Below are positions 14,322 through 26,300 of a DNA stretch of 64,000 nt, piece by piece (the first letter of the stretch is position 1; each line of letters starts with the position of its first letter). Both the position numbers and the translations under genes were made by a program. Where the stretch lies: NCBI GenBank assembly GCA_013265495.1, contig MU057724.1:1255102-1319101 (forward strand), in the 5' to 3' direction. This DNA comes from Vicugna vicugna. Its lineage: Eukaryota. Below the pieces are notes generated by a model. That model saw nothing but the letters and a program-made list of their open reading frames with translations. It was not told the DNA's origin and searched no databases.

Positions 14322-15122
14322 GTAAAAGTGTTAAGAAAACTGTACCATAGCCGTTCCTTTGTACGTCACTGTCACTGAAGAGTAAAGATGGTAGTTAAGG
14401 GCCAGCAAGTCCTGTGTGACTGGCCAGCTCCTGGTTCCCCGTGGCTGGGTCTGCTCGTCGAGTCTGCATCTTGCATCAGCCCAGGGGAGGCCGTCTGCCA
14501 CAGGAGGGCGGGGATGAAGCGGTCAGAGCGCGTGGCTGTGTGGGAACTGGGGCCACATGCCTTCTCAGCGGTTTCATTAAACAAACGCAAACAAACCTAA
14601 GGGTTACAAGACATCAAATACAGGCAATGCCTGACACATAGGTACACACGTAGGCATTTCAGTCCTCATACGCAGTGTACCTCAGCCCTTATGGGATTCC
14701 ATCCAGGAAGAACACTAAAGATGTAAAGCAGCTGTTCCAGTGGCTGAAATCCCTCGGACAGCCTAGTGCTTGGAAGGAAGCTTGGAGCTGGTTCCATCGC
14801 TGATGGACTGAATGTCTAGATCTGAACATTTGCATAGAAGCCTTAAAATTACAAGTACACGGGAGCATTTAGGCATCCATCCAGAGGAGAGGCCATTCTT
14901 TTTAAGATCTGAAACAATAACATTACGTGGAAATATCTCAGCATATGTTCACTATTGGAAATGAGTCATGATTGTTCTTGCACGACCCTGGCTTGTGGAT
15001 CTTTTAAGACGCTCCCCATGTAAGACGTTTCACTTTTCCCCTTTATCAGTTTTGACTCTGTTTAATTAAAACTCCTCCCTTTGCATGACCATGCATAATC
15101 TGTTGTCCTTCTCCATCCACAG

Positions 15123-15166
15123 CGGAACTCTCAGGACTGCTGTTTATCGGGGATGCCATTCTGCAG
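15123..15166 (+). CDS. SNTG1: SNTG1 coding exon (44 nt): (A)ELSGLLFIGDAILQ
   Basis: ccttctccatccacag acceptor, gtagac donor; phase 1-0; PDZ GD-x-IL motif. Confidence 0.96.
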
Positions 15167-15259
15167 GTAGACGTTTTACCACTAGTTTTCACGTACAGCC
15201 CACACGTGCAGTCAGTTCACAGTATTCCACGTGAAGCCGTGCCTGTCTTTCCATTGCAG

Positions 15260-15301
15260 ATAAATGGGATTAATGTGAGAAAATGCCGACATGAAGAAGT
15301 G
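15260..15301 (+). CDS. SNTG1: SNTG1 coding exon (42 nt): INGINVRKCRHEEV
   Basis: tctttccattgcag acceptor, gtaagt donor; phase 0-0. Confidence 0.96.
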
Positions 15302-15700
15302 GTAAGTTTGCTTTGCTTGGTGCTGAAATCGTGACTTTCCGCGGGCCAACGAGAACTGAGGGCGTCGCTTAAGAGCTGTTTGTTTTATTCATTAGCAAGA
15401 TACGACCTGGCCCAGTGGGCTATCGGATTTTCAAATGACCTTTTATTTGATCTTTCTTTGCATTAGCAACAGATCAGTGAGTATCACCCAGAACAGAATA
15501 TAACTCAAAGAAATTCTTAAGGAGGGCCATTTGCTATGTTTTCCAGCTTTTCTGTGAACTTCTACCAGCCTGTATCCACTAAGTATATCTCGAAGTGATA
15601 TACATCTCTAAACCTTGGCAAATGTTTAAAAGCTGATAAGGAATAAAATGCATGTTTCTAAAACCTCATACAGTAGCAGAGGCCATGGGGCAACATACAG

Positions 15701-15771
15701 TCTGTGTGTCCGTGTGTGTCCGTGTCTCTGTGTGTCTGTATGTGTCTGTGTGTCTGTGTGTGTCTGTCTGT
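15701..15771. repeat. Imperfect (TG/TC)n simple repeat
   Basis: tctgtgtgtccgtgtgtgtccgtgtctctgtgtgtctg... Confidence 0.8.
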
Positions 15772-15864
15772 GACAGGAGACAGAAGCAGACACAACACTC
15801 AGAGGCTCTCCATCCCAAGGCTCACGGGTGTAGCACTAGACAGAAAGGCCATCAGTGTTGACAC

Positions 15865-15968
15865 AGTGTTTCCTGGATGTTGGTAAATGTGTAGATCTGA
15901 AGCCGGGGCCTAATTCACTCAGTTTAGGTGATCCAGGAATGTGTATTTTAACAACCAGCCCAGTGAGT
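15865..15968. mobile_element. MER5A-like hAT-Charlie fragment
   Basis: 'ccaggaatgtgtattttaacaaccagccccagtga' resembles MER5A. Confidence 0.45.
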
Positions 15969-17119
15969 GCACTGTCGGGGGAGGAGGGTGTGTAGCTGGG
16001 AGGGTGAGGACCGTCTCTCGGGGCCGAGGGAGGACGTGGAAAGTGAGACAGGAAGGAACAGGACAGGGTCTGGCTTTCACGAAACGTTTTTCACGGTTGA
16101 TGAAATAACATGCATAGAACCTTCACTGAATTCCTGTCTCAGCTCACACGGGAGAGAGAGGAAAACTGTTTAAAGGTTTGCGCTCAAGGGTCAAACTACA
16201 TGAAAGCACTGTAAGCCTGTGCTCCTCCGGGCTCTGGTTCATCTGGTTGTGGATGCGCTGCTCCTCTGCCGCCAGCGACTTGGAGAAAACTCTTCTGATA
16301 TGTTTACATGTTTCAAACCTCAAAGAGTCAAGCGCAAGTGTCTGAAAAGTGCAGGCTCAGAGCAGCGCTGCTGGTGAGGGCTCTCCGCGCAGCCGTCACG
16401 GCCTGTCCCCAGGCATCACTCATCTGCTTTCTCAAAAGTCCCGAGGGGGCCCCCATTGCCACTCCATGGTGAACATCGCAGGTCGACATCAAACAGGACA
16501 GAGAAAAGCAGTGTTCGGAGCAGGCTTCAGACAAAGGGGGCCCAGCACAGCGCGAGCACTTTGCTCTGCAGATTCATATGCAAATTTCAAACACAGCTTT
16601 GTAAGCAGAGATGTTTTAACTTTAGGAGTTTTTCAGAAGAACAAAGTGATCTTAAGCTCATCGTCCAGGGAGCAGAAGCAAGGGCATCTTTTTGCAAAAC
16701 CGCACGCTGCTCGGCAGAGTTGTGTCCGGACCTGCCCTTCAGAGCGGGCAGCAGACCCACACAGACGTGATGGGCTCTGATTAAATGTAGCGGCCTGGTG
16801 GGAGGTTGGACCCTGCAAGTCGTGCCACTTCTCAATGGTGTTCCTTTCCAAGGAAAAGAGGTTTAGACTTGTGCTGCAAACTGCATGTGGCTCTGCACGG
16901 TAAATGGTTTGTTGGTTTGTTTGTTTTGAGAGGTTTGACCTTCTCCTGAAATGTAGGTACTAGTATTCTTACTCAGTTCCAGCCTTTCACTTTCCAGCAG
17001 TTATTAATGCTTTTGTCTTCACTGTGAATTTCCTAAGCAGATGGATTTACCCCTCAGTGGGACTGAGATGTTGATCAAACATGTAAGACTCACAGGGAAG
17101 GAAGGCAGCACCGCGAGCT

Positions 17120-17539
17120 TATTGCAGAAAGCTGATTCCCGCCGAGAGACCAAGCACCCCTCGCAGCGCTGGAGAACTCAGGTTTATTACGCCTGCAGGC
17201 CCAGAGGAGTTAGCGCTCCAAGCTCTGGACCCTGTCTGTAGGTTTACACAGGCTTTTATAGGGTTTTAGGTCTCGATTAAGTTTGCGCCATATGCAAACG
17301 AGGTGTTAGAAATGGACCAGTCTGGAGTGAGCTTTTGGGAACCAATGGAATTTTAGGGGTAAATGCAAATGAGGTGTTAGAAATGGACCAGTCAGGAGTG
17401 AGTCTTTGGGAACCAATGGACTTTTGGGGGTAAGTTTCATTTTCCTAGAAGCAAGCCGTTTTACAGAAGCCCAAAAGCGGGAAGGTAATGGCCCTGCCTG
17501 TGAGGTCTTGCTGGTCCCTTTGTGGGTTTTGCTGCTTCA
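17120..17539 (-). mobile_element. ERV1-type solo LTR (~420 bp), antisense to SNTG1
   Basis: 4-bp TSD AGCT at 17116-17119 and 17540-17543; termini TA(from TG)...CA; minus-strand TATAAAA (17254-17260) then AATAAA (17183-17188); 71-bp tandem repeat in U3. Confidence 0.8.
17292..17433. repeat. Two-copy 71-bp tandem repeat in LTR U3
   Basis: atgcaaaYgaggtgttagaaatggaccagtcWggagtgag...gggaaccaatgga...ggggtaa starting at 17292 and 17363. Confidence 0.92.
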
Positions 17540-17729
17540 AGCTCAGAGGTGTAGATGGTTGTAAAATCTCATGCTGCCGCCCCCTCGTTCCTTATTCCTA
17601 GTCAATGCCTCACAGAGCTGTGAATTCAGGGAGAAACCAGGAAGGTGTGGCACTAGGTGGTCTGCACATGTGACTTTTCTTTTATTCAGCCACTTGTGCA
17701 GGGACTTGGTCAGAGGGCCTGCATCATTC

Positions 17730-19763
17730 TTAGATGCTGTCAACAGTGTAGCAACAGTGTTGCACTTCCACCAGTAGTAACAGGAGGTTTCCCATTTCTC
17801 CAGCTAGCAGTTGGTGTTACCGGTTTTGTGGATCTGAACCATGTGTGTAGTGGTATCTCGTTCCATTTTAATTTACAATTTCTTTAAGATGAATGATGTG
17901 GGGCATCTTGTCAGATGCAAATTTGCTCTCTTTGTATTTTCTTTGGTGCTGTCTGTTCACAAACTTGTCCAGTTTTAAATTCTGTTATTTGTTTTCTTAC
18001 TATTGAACGTGACACATTCTTTATGTATATTGGAGGTATCTCCCTGTAAGTATTGGATACAACACCAAATATATGCTTTAAAGATATTTTCTCCGTCTCT
18101 GTGGGTGGGTTGCCTTTTAATTTTCTTAAAAGTGTATTTTGCGGAACGAAAGGTTTTTATTTTAATGAAGTCTAACACATCCATTACCAGATGGCCATAA
18201 AGATAGCTTTATTTCTTTCTCTAAGTCTATGTCACTTTTATTTATTTGTTATTGTCGTATTGCACTAGCCTGGGCTTCCAGCATGATTTGAACAGGTATT
18301 GTGAGAAAATATGCCTTTTTCTTGTTCCTGGGCTCAGTGGGAAAGAGTCCAGTTTCTCACCATAAAGTATGACGTTAGCTGTGGGTGTTTTGTAGAAGTT
18401 CTTTGTCAGGTTGAAGAGGTTCCCCTATGTTCCTAGTTTGCAGTGAATTTTAATCATGGTTGTATATTGAGTTCTTTCAAATGCTTCTTCTGCCTTAGTT
18501 GATATGACCATACTTGTTTTGTTTTTCAGACTTTTGATATGTGGATTATATCGGTTGAATTAAAAATGTTAAATCATCCTTGCTTGCCTGAAATAAGCCC
18601 AATCTGATGCGATATACAGTCCCTTTTAGACGTTGTCGGGCTTGATGTGCTGGTGATTTTTTGAAAATCATTGCATAAATGCTCATGAGACATACTGCTC
18701 TTAATTTTCTTTTTCTGTAATGTTTTTAAAATTGTTTTTGGTATTAGGATAATGCTGGCATCAAAAAATGCCTTAGGAAGGGTTGCCTCTGCCTCTGTGT
18801 TCTAGACGAGATCGTGGATGGCTGGTATTAATTACTTCTTCACCAAATATGTGATAGAATGCCCAAGGACATTTTCTGGATTGGATGCTTTTTTCTAGTG
18901 TTATTATTATTGGTTCCATTTCTTTACTACTAAAGAATATAGGCTATTTCCAGAGTATCTGTCTCTCCTCGCATGAGTTTTAGCAGTTGTGTCTTTCAAA
19001 GAACCGATCCAAGTCATCTAGGTTATCAGGGTTGTGGGCTTAGAATTGTTCACAGTGTTCCCTTCTTAACCTTTTCTTAACGTCCATGGAATCAACAGAG
19101 ATGCCCCTCTTTCATCTGTGATATTGGTCATTTGCATTTTCCCTACTTCTTAGTCTGGTGGGAGGTTCACTGATGTTTATTGATCATTTCAAAGAAGAAG
19201 TGTTTAGTTTTGATAACTTTTTTCTGTTGTGTGTGTGTGTTTTCCAGCTCACTGATTTCCTCTGTGATTTTGTTTCCTGTGTTCTTTGGGCTTTGACTGC
19301 TCCACTGTTTCTAGTTCCCTAAGCGGAAGCTTAGATCATCGACTTTAATCTCCTTTATGAGTATATGAATGTATCGCCATATAAACACATTTTACATGAA
19401 TTTCTCTCTAAACATTGCTTTCACTGCTTCCCACAAATTTTGAAAAGTTCTACTTCATTTTTATTTAATTCAAAATATTTTTAAATTTCTCTCCAGACTT
19501 TTTCTTTGACTCCTGTGTTAGATGGAAAGGTATTCTCCAGATGTTTGTGGGACTTCCGAGCTATCTTTCTGGAACCGACTGCTACTTTAAGTTCTTTGTT
19601 GTCCGGGGGCACAGTGTGTAGATTTACATTCTTTCAAAATTGTTAAGTTTTGTTTCTGGCCTAGAATCTGGTCTGTCTGTGAATTTTTTATATGAGCTTG
19701 GGAAGAACAGAAAAATCCAATGCATTTTGCTGTCTTTGGATGGAGTATTGGGCCAAAGTCTGT
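17730..19763 (-). mobile_element. Old LINE-1 ORF2/3' region, antisense; interrupted by MER44-type element and resuming ~20588-20830
   Basis: Minus-strand ORF 17975..18184 LDFIKIKTFRSAKYTFKKIKRQPT...ENIF resembles L1 ORF2p C-terminal region. Confidence 0.85.
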
Positions 19764-19765
19764 TA

Positions 19766-20585
19766 CCGCCGTTCCCTCCTTATCGGCAGTCTGGCTTTCC
19801 TGGATTCAGTGACCCGCGTCAACCACGGTCCAAAGATACTAAATAAAGAATTCCGGAAGAAAGCGTCCGCGCGTTTTACGTGGTGCGCCCGCTGGCTGCG
19901 GCGCTGACGTCCCCGCTGCAGCGCGTCCGCGGGGGCCGCGTCTCCCTGCTCCGCGCCGCGCCCGCCGTCACCCCACCGCCGCGGGGCTGTTAGGTCTGCT
20001 GTCCGCTGTCGCCCTGCGTGCGATCAGGTGCCCCCGAGTTTGCTCAGGAACGTCCCCGGAGCGCAGGAAGCGCGGCACTGCGGCTCGCTGAGCCACAGAG
20101 AAGCGGTGAAGTGCCTCCTGCAGGTGAAAAGCGGCGCTCGGGGCGCGGCGCCGAGAGGGGGGCGCGAGCTGGGCTGCCGACACCCGCCCGGAGAACGGGC
20201 CTTCCGCCCGAAACTGCCAGGAAGGAGACGGGAACGTGCCCCAGGTTTGCCGTTGCCCCTCACGCTGCGAGAGTTAGGGCCGCGGTTCCGGGGTTACGTT
20301 GCGGTGCTTCATTAAGACGGAAAAGGCGTTAACTTTGTGCGGTAGGATCATTTGAGAGCGAGAGAAGCCACATTCACATGACTTTGTGACAGGATACGGT
20401 TCCAGTTGTTCCATTTAATTGTTAGTCATTGTTGTTCGTCTCTTGTTGTGTCTAATTTATAATTAAACTTCATCACAGGTGGGTACGTCCGGGATAAAAC
20501 CGTCCACACAGGGCTCCGGGGTGCCCGGGGCTCCAGCCATCACAGGGGTGGTGGGGCGCGCCCCCTGTGGACGGGGGTGGTACTG
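19766..20585 (+). mobile_element. MER44-type (Tigger7-derived, TcMar) DNA transposon, full length, GC/CpG-enriched
   Basis: TA at 19764-5; 5' end ...ccctccttatc...ttcagtgacccgcgtcaaccacggtccaaa; 3' part ccacattcacatgact...ctaatttataattaaacttcatcacagg...tactg; peptide RKETGTCPRFAVAPHAARVRAAV resembles Tigger7 transposase N-terminus. Confidence 0.85.
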
Positions 20586-20841
20586 CATAGCGCTTGAGCG
20601 ACTGCTGTTCAGTCAACTCGGTCCTCACCGAGTCGCTGGCTGCTTGAACTCTGATACTGGATACGTCTGCTTCTCCTCTGAGTTCTGTCAGTATTTGCCG
20701 CATATATTTTGCCGCTTTGTTGTTAGGTGTTTAGCATCACTACGTATCCACAGGGAGTCCACCACTTAATTGCTGTTTAATGCTTCTCTTCAGCCTGGAT
20801 GATTTTTCCCGTTCTCAGGTCGGCTTTGTGCGTTCGTTTCC

Positions 20842-20960
20842 TGTGACAAATGCACTATACTAATGCGGGACGTTGTAACAGGGGAAGCTGAGTGTAGGCT
20901 GTACGGGAACCCTGTACTATTTTTGTTCAATTTTGTATAAACCTGCAACTGTTCCAGCAT
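20842..20960 (+). mobile_element. L1MC-like 3' end fragment
   Basis: 'tgtgacaaatgcactatactaatgc...gggaaccctgtactatttttgttcaattttgtataaacct'. Confidence 0.6.
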
Positions 20961-21959
20961 TAAATATTTGTATTAAACATGAATAGAATGGTACTTACCA
21001 TGATCTCATTTTCTTTTCCTTGTCTTTGACTTTTGTTTGCACTGCCTCCCATCAGAAGACCAGCATCTTGGGAGTGAGAACCGTCTCTCTTCCCTCCAGT
21101 GCTCTGCGCGCTGACCCAGGGCAGGCGAGCATGAGCCGCGGGCGCAGCAAACGAGACAGCCCCGCTGGTGCCAGGGTTCTCCTCCCCTCTTGTAAACCTC
21201 ACTCCCGCTTCGCTTCTCACTCTTTCCAAATAATTCCCACAGCTTTCGTATCAACCGACATAGAAGCTTTTACCAACTTAAGAAAAGTTTCAGACAGCAG
21301 CCCTTGGCCTGCTGGTTTTAAAACACTGTCTTCCTTCTCCCACCAAGAGCCGCGGGATAGAGTGGAGGCAACGGCACCCCGTCTCCACCTACCGCTCGCG
21401 GAAGCTCCCTTTGAGGTGCTCTTCGGGCTCTGAGTCATTCTTAATGCGTCTCTACATTTGGTTGCTTCGGGATTTAATCCGGCTCCATTCTTCAGTTGCA
21501 CATTTTAAGGTTTGAGTTCCTGCTTATCTGCTTCTGTGTCCCAGCTGAGGCTTTCTGAATGAGATGCCAGGTTTGGCAAGACTTTGTTTGAGACCCTTTC
21601 TGCTCCTGAAACCCGACCGCGGTCTTCCTTCTCCCCGCTGGAGTGACGTGCTCGTCGTCACGCAGGGGTGCTGTGCGGTGCTTTGCCTTCAGGACTTCTG
21701 GGACAACGCCCTGCTCTTTCTTCAGCGGTGAGCTGTGTCCGTGGAGTGCGCACAGCCGAGGGCGGGCGAGGGGGTGCGGGCAGCAGCGGGCAGCCCGCCG
21801 GCTGCTCCCTGAGCCGGGCCCGCCGCGGGGCGGGGGCCCCGGTGGTGTGGGCAAAACCAGGGTCAAACCCGAGTTCTTCCCATTCCACATAGTGTGATTT
21901 CTGACCAAACACAAAGGTTTCCCCACACTGAGTGAATCTGAAGACAGTAAAGTGAAAAT

Positions 21960-22039
21960 ACAGGTACTGTATTTACTGGGGAAAATGTGTATATTAGCAG
22001 GTCCGTGCAGTTCAAAGGAGTGCTGCTCCAGGGTCCCTG
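21960..22039. mobile_element. Tigger2-like terminal fragment
   Basis: 'gtccgtgcagttcaaaggagtgctgctccagggtccctg' resembles the Tigger2/MER28 terminus. Confidence 0.55.
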
Positions 22040-22799
22040 TGTTTACAGACGTTGCCTCTTTCTCTTTCTCAGGGTGAGTGGTGTGTCCTCAGGCTGCCAC
22101 TGGCTTGGTTTTCTGGGGGCTTATCCCGTGTTAGACAGCTCAGTAGTCTAAGTGTGGGAGACCTGCTTGTGGCTCTGAAGGTGAGAAAGTGAACGTGCAG
22201 GCCTAGTCAGAGGCTGCCGAGTGCGTCTCACTGGTGCCCCATGCATGTGTTGAATGAAGTACTTTATTAGTAAAGTACTTCTACTCTGGAGGTACACAGA
22301 GGTTCTATACTAAAGCATTTTATGTGAAACCCTTCTTTCCGTTTAAACTAATCCAATTATTTTTCTAGCATTAGGTACGTTTGTGAAGTAAGCACAAGAC
22401 ACCAGGCTCTTCTCTGAGCATCTCCCTGGTGCTGAACCACCTGGTCTTCGTGAAGTCGCTGGGGAGAAGCGACTACCGCTGTTGGTTCACAGGGAGCAGG
22501 TGTGTCCTAGAGGGATAAGTCAGTGCCCCGGGCTGTTCAGCTGGCCAGTTGCGGAGCGAGAACTCAGATGAACAGAATCTCACGCTAAGGCTCAGGTTTT
22601 AACAAGGACTTGCCATCTAGAGTGAACGGTTTGGGTGATTTTGTTACAGTAATCTTTCTTCCAAAGACATAGTCAAAGTTAAAGTTCTTGGCTTTTTTTT
22701 TTTCTTTTCTTTTTCATTAGGAATGTGATAGAGTTTGGGTGTTAAGGGACTCTTCTGATTATTCAGATTTCTGTTCTGAATCTCATCTAATGCCAACCA

Positions 22800-23500
22800 T
22801 TTTTTAAAAACCTGAAGTGTAGTTTGTTTCAAACATTGTGTCAATTTCTGGTGTACAGCATAGTGATTCAGTTATACATATACATATGTTCCTTGTCATA
22901 TTCTTTTTCATTATAGGCCATTATAAGATATTGAGTATAGTTCCCTGTGCTATATAGTAGGACCTTGCTGTTTATCTATTTTCTTTTATTTTTTAAAAAA
23001 ATTTTAATTGAAGTCTAGTCAGTTCACAATGTTGCATCAATTTCTGGTGTCCAGCATCATGTTTCAGTCATACACATACATACATATATTCCTTTTCATT
23101 ACAGGTTACTACCAGATATTGTATATAGCTCCCTGTGCTATATACAGGGAACTATACACAAGATAAACTTGTTGTTTATCTATTTTATATAGAGTAGTTA
23201 GTATCTGCAAATCTCAAAATCCCAATTTACCCCTTCTCATACCCTTTCTGCCCTGGTAACCATGAGTTTGTTTTCTATGTGAGTCTGTTTCTATTTTACA
23301 GATAAGTTCATTTGTGTCCTTTTTTTTTTTAGGTTCTACATGTAAGTGATATCATATGGTGTTTGTTTTTCTCTTTCTGGCTACTTCACTTGGTATGAAA
23401 ATATCCAGGTCCATCCGTGTTGCTGCAAACGGCATTATTTTATTCTTTTTTATGGCTGAGTAGTATTCCACTGTATAAATATACCACAGCTTCTCTCTAA
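22800..23500 (-). mobile_element. Lineage-specific L1 3' end, with the terminal ~185 bp present twice
   Basis: ORF 23352..23624 has KLWYIYTVEYYSAIKKNKIMPFAATRMDLD (L1 ORF2p C-term); flanking aaccattttt at 22795 and 23499. Confidence 0.88.
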
Positions 23501-23539
23501 CCATTTTTAAGTGCTCCAAATCTGTAACATGTTTTGTGT

Positions 23540-24085
23540 GAACAGAAAAATGCCTTCTCTCCTGCAGCCTCTGGAATGGGTTTCTTAGTGCCTGTTCTTC
23601 ACTTCTGTCCCCTTGGGGGGACATTCTTGGCTGTTTTCTCTGTCCTATCCAGCTTTCCTCGCCACCTCAGTGTCCCCGATGGCTTGTCTACCTGTGTCTG
23701 TAGAGCCTTAGGTTTAATGTGGTGTGAGATCTGTGTATCCTGCTTCCTCATGACTCCTTGGGGGTCCCTGTCCCGTCCTCTGATCTGCCAGCCCAGGCTT
23801 GAGTCCAGTGCCATTGTGGCTCCTGGGCCCGGCTGCCATCACCCCCTCGGAGTCCTCTGTCTCCGGCTGGCTGTGGGGCTCTGCTCCTCGTCTGTGCACT
23901 GCCTCGCTCCTCTGCTGACACTGTCCCCAAATCCCTGACTTCATCCTCCTGTCTGAAATATCTAGTTTCTATGACAAGATCTTGACAGTTCCAGATACTT
24001 ATCTATGTTTCAGATTTTCCTGGGCCCTTAATGAATGCAGTTAGATTTTTTCACTGCAGAATTTCAGTAAATGTTTTGTTGATTA
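23540..24085 (+). mobile_element. Decayed L2-like fragment
   Basis: Pyrimidine-rich L2-like text ending 'ttcagtaaatgttttgttga'. Confidence 0.4.
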
Positions 24086-25185
24086 GGAGATTAAATTGGA
24101 TGAGGAAAGTTTATAAAAATAGGTGAATTCCTAAGAATGGAGACTATAAAATCATCAGGCCTTAGTCTAAATGAGGAAAGAACACCTCAGGCTGGAACTC
24201 CATGCCGAATATCTTAAATGAAATGCTTGCATGTTGTTTCAGCCCTTCCTACCGCACATCTGACCTTCCAGCCCGTGTTAAGCCTCTCCCTCCATGCCCC
24301 CATCCCTGCCTTCGCCCCCACGCTATCCTTGCCCTGACTGTGGGGCCCAAGGGGATCGGGCAGATGCCATCAGCTTGTCCTTCTCCAGCAGGAGCAGATT
24401 TAACTCTGGGCAGCCCACGGTCAGGTGCAAGCAGCTGCCTTTGGGAGAGGTTCGGCCACTTTTAGTCCACGATGTGAGATATCTTGAAAATCACAGGAGA
24501 GAAATATGCCTGCGTCCACTGCAGCAGTCGGAGGTGTAATGCTTGGTTCACTTGAATTTATTTACTATTTACCCGGAGAGGCTTTTGGGCAAGGGACATA
24601 CAGCATCATAAAAATCCAGAGAAAATAAACGGAAACAACCTGCTGGTTAGCACTAAAATAATTAGATGAGACACACCTTGGCATGAAAATGGCAACAACG
24701 CAAAGCTTGCGGAAAGCACTTATGTCTCAGGTCTTTCCCTCACACTGGCTCGATGCTGAAGGTCTGGTCAAAGGCGTTTTATATTCCTAACAGAAGTCAC
24801 CTTTGATGCCCAGTCTAATCTATACAATTATAATTAAAACCTTAAAATGGTTAAAAATTGTTTATTTTCACAACCGAAATTAGCCTGTATTTAACAATAA
24901 AAAATATTTCATTGAAAGAATTACAGGTGGTAGAAATGAGGGAACACACCTTGAAGCTAATGTAGCTTAAATACTATGAGAGACACAAAACCATGATTAG
25001 CATTATTTTTATTAACAAACAGGTATTGAGTATCCAATGTACACATCACAGCTCTCGGAGAAGATTATCAGACTAGAAACTCTTTTCTTTTCGCAGAGTG
25101 TGTCTTTTGAGAGGATAGCCCCCGCAAAGCAGAGCTGCCGTAGTTTGAACACAATCTAAGACAGAGTTAGTGATTGATAGACTAA

Positions 25186-25206
25186 ATATATATATATATA
25201 TATATA
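25186..25206. repeat. (AT)n microsatellite
   Basis: ~10 AT units. Confidence 0.9.
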
Positions 25207-26064
25207 GTGCTTTATTTTGAGATTTTCATACTTTGTCCCTATAATCACTTACGGTCTGTATATTCAAGGAGTGTAAAGTTTGTGCTTCTCACTGGGCAGC
25301 AAATAACTTGGACCACATCAAATGAAATTCAGAGCCTCTGCTGTCCCCCCGTGTTACCACCTCTGGGACGGCACATGAAGTGGCCTCCTCTGTGTCACTC
25401 TGGACTGGGTGAGAGAACTCCTCATGTCTCTCTGAGGTGAGTTCTCATCGGCAGTCGGGAGGAAGCTCTGTGTCTCCCAGTTGCCCCAGAAAGAGCCGGA
25501 TGACGAGTTGGGGAAATGTCTAAGAGTTCCTTTTGAGCCTCTTGGCCGAGCAACGTCAAAGAGGAGACGTGCTGGGTTGTGCCTCATGGCGTTCTTCACG
25601 AGGCACTCGCTGTTGCTCCCAGTTGATGGTGTAGTTTCTGCCCAGGGATGAAGGTCCCAGGGTCCGCCCAGCCAGAAACAGAAACAGTGCTGGTCCTGGA
25701 GCTTCAGCCGCGACCCAGGTGGCGCAGACGCACTGACAGAGCCTCCAGCTTATGAGGCCCAGACAGGAGTGGTCAGCAGTGCTGAGGGGACGGCTCCCCA
25801 CCAGTGATCTGGCAGTTGGGGCCCCATCAGTCTTTTTTGGCTCCCCGAGCTGAGCTGGGAGCTGCTGCCCAGGTTGCTATGGGGACAGAGGGACAGGAGA
25901 CAGGGAGTAAGTGCATCCTTTCTTCTCTCGTGACTGCAGACATGGACCCCACGCTCAGGACGGCAGGTGTGACGACAGCAGGTGGAGAGAGGGTGAAGGC
26001 GTTTCCACCACATCAGGCTCTGGCAGGGAGCCCCGCATCTCTTCCTCCCACCTACTTACACCTG

Positions 26065-26300
26065 CTTTTTGTAAAAATGGAAGTATAGTCAATTTACAGT
26101 GTCTCAGGGGTACAGCAAAGTATGTTTTATATATATATATTTTTTTTTAATTTTTTGGATTCTTTTCCATTATAAGTTATTACAAGATATGGAATACAGT
26201 TCCCTGTGCTGCACAGTAGGTCCTTGTTGTTTACTATTTTATGTATAGTAGTGTGTGCTAATCCCAAATCCCTAATTTATCTCCCCTCCCCTCCTTCTGT
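26065..26300 (-). mobile_element. L1 3' end fragment
   Basis: 'gaagtatagtcaatttaca...ttccctgtgctgcacagtaggtccttgttgttta', same family as 22800 copy. Confidence 0.82.

Noticed and set aside
17292..17433. Direct repeat considered as CRISPR-like
   Set aside because: Two adjacent copies with no spacer, inside a mammalian LTR
20018..20332. Overlapping ORFs suggesting a domesticated Tigger transposase
   Set aside because: Only a short, frameshifted N-terminal remnant with no DDE domain; ORFs stay open because of high GC
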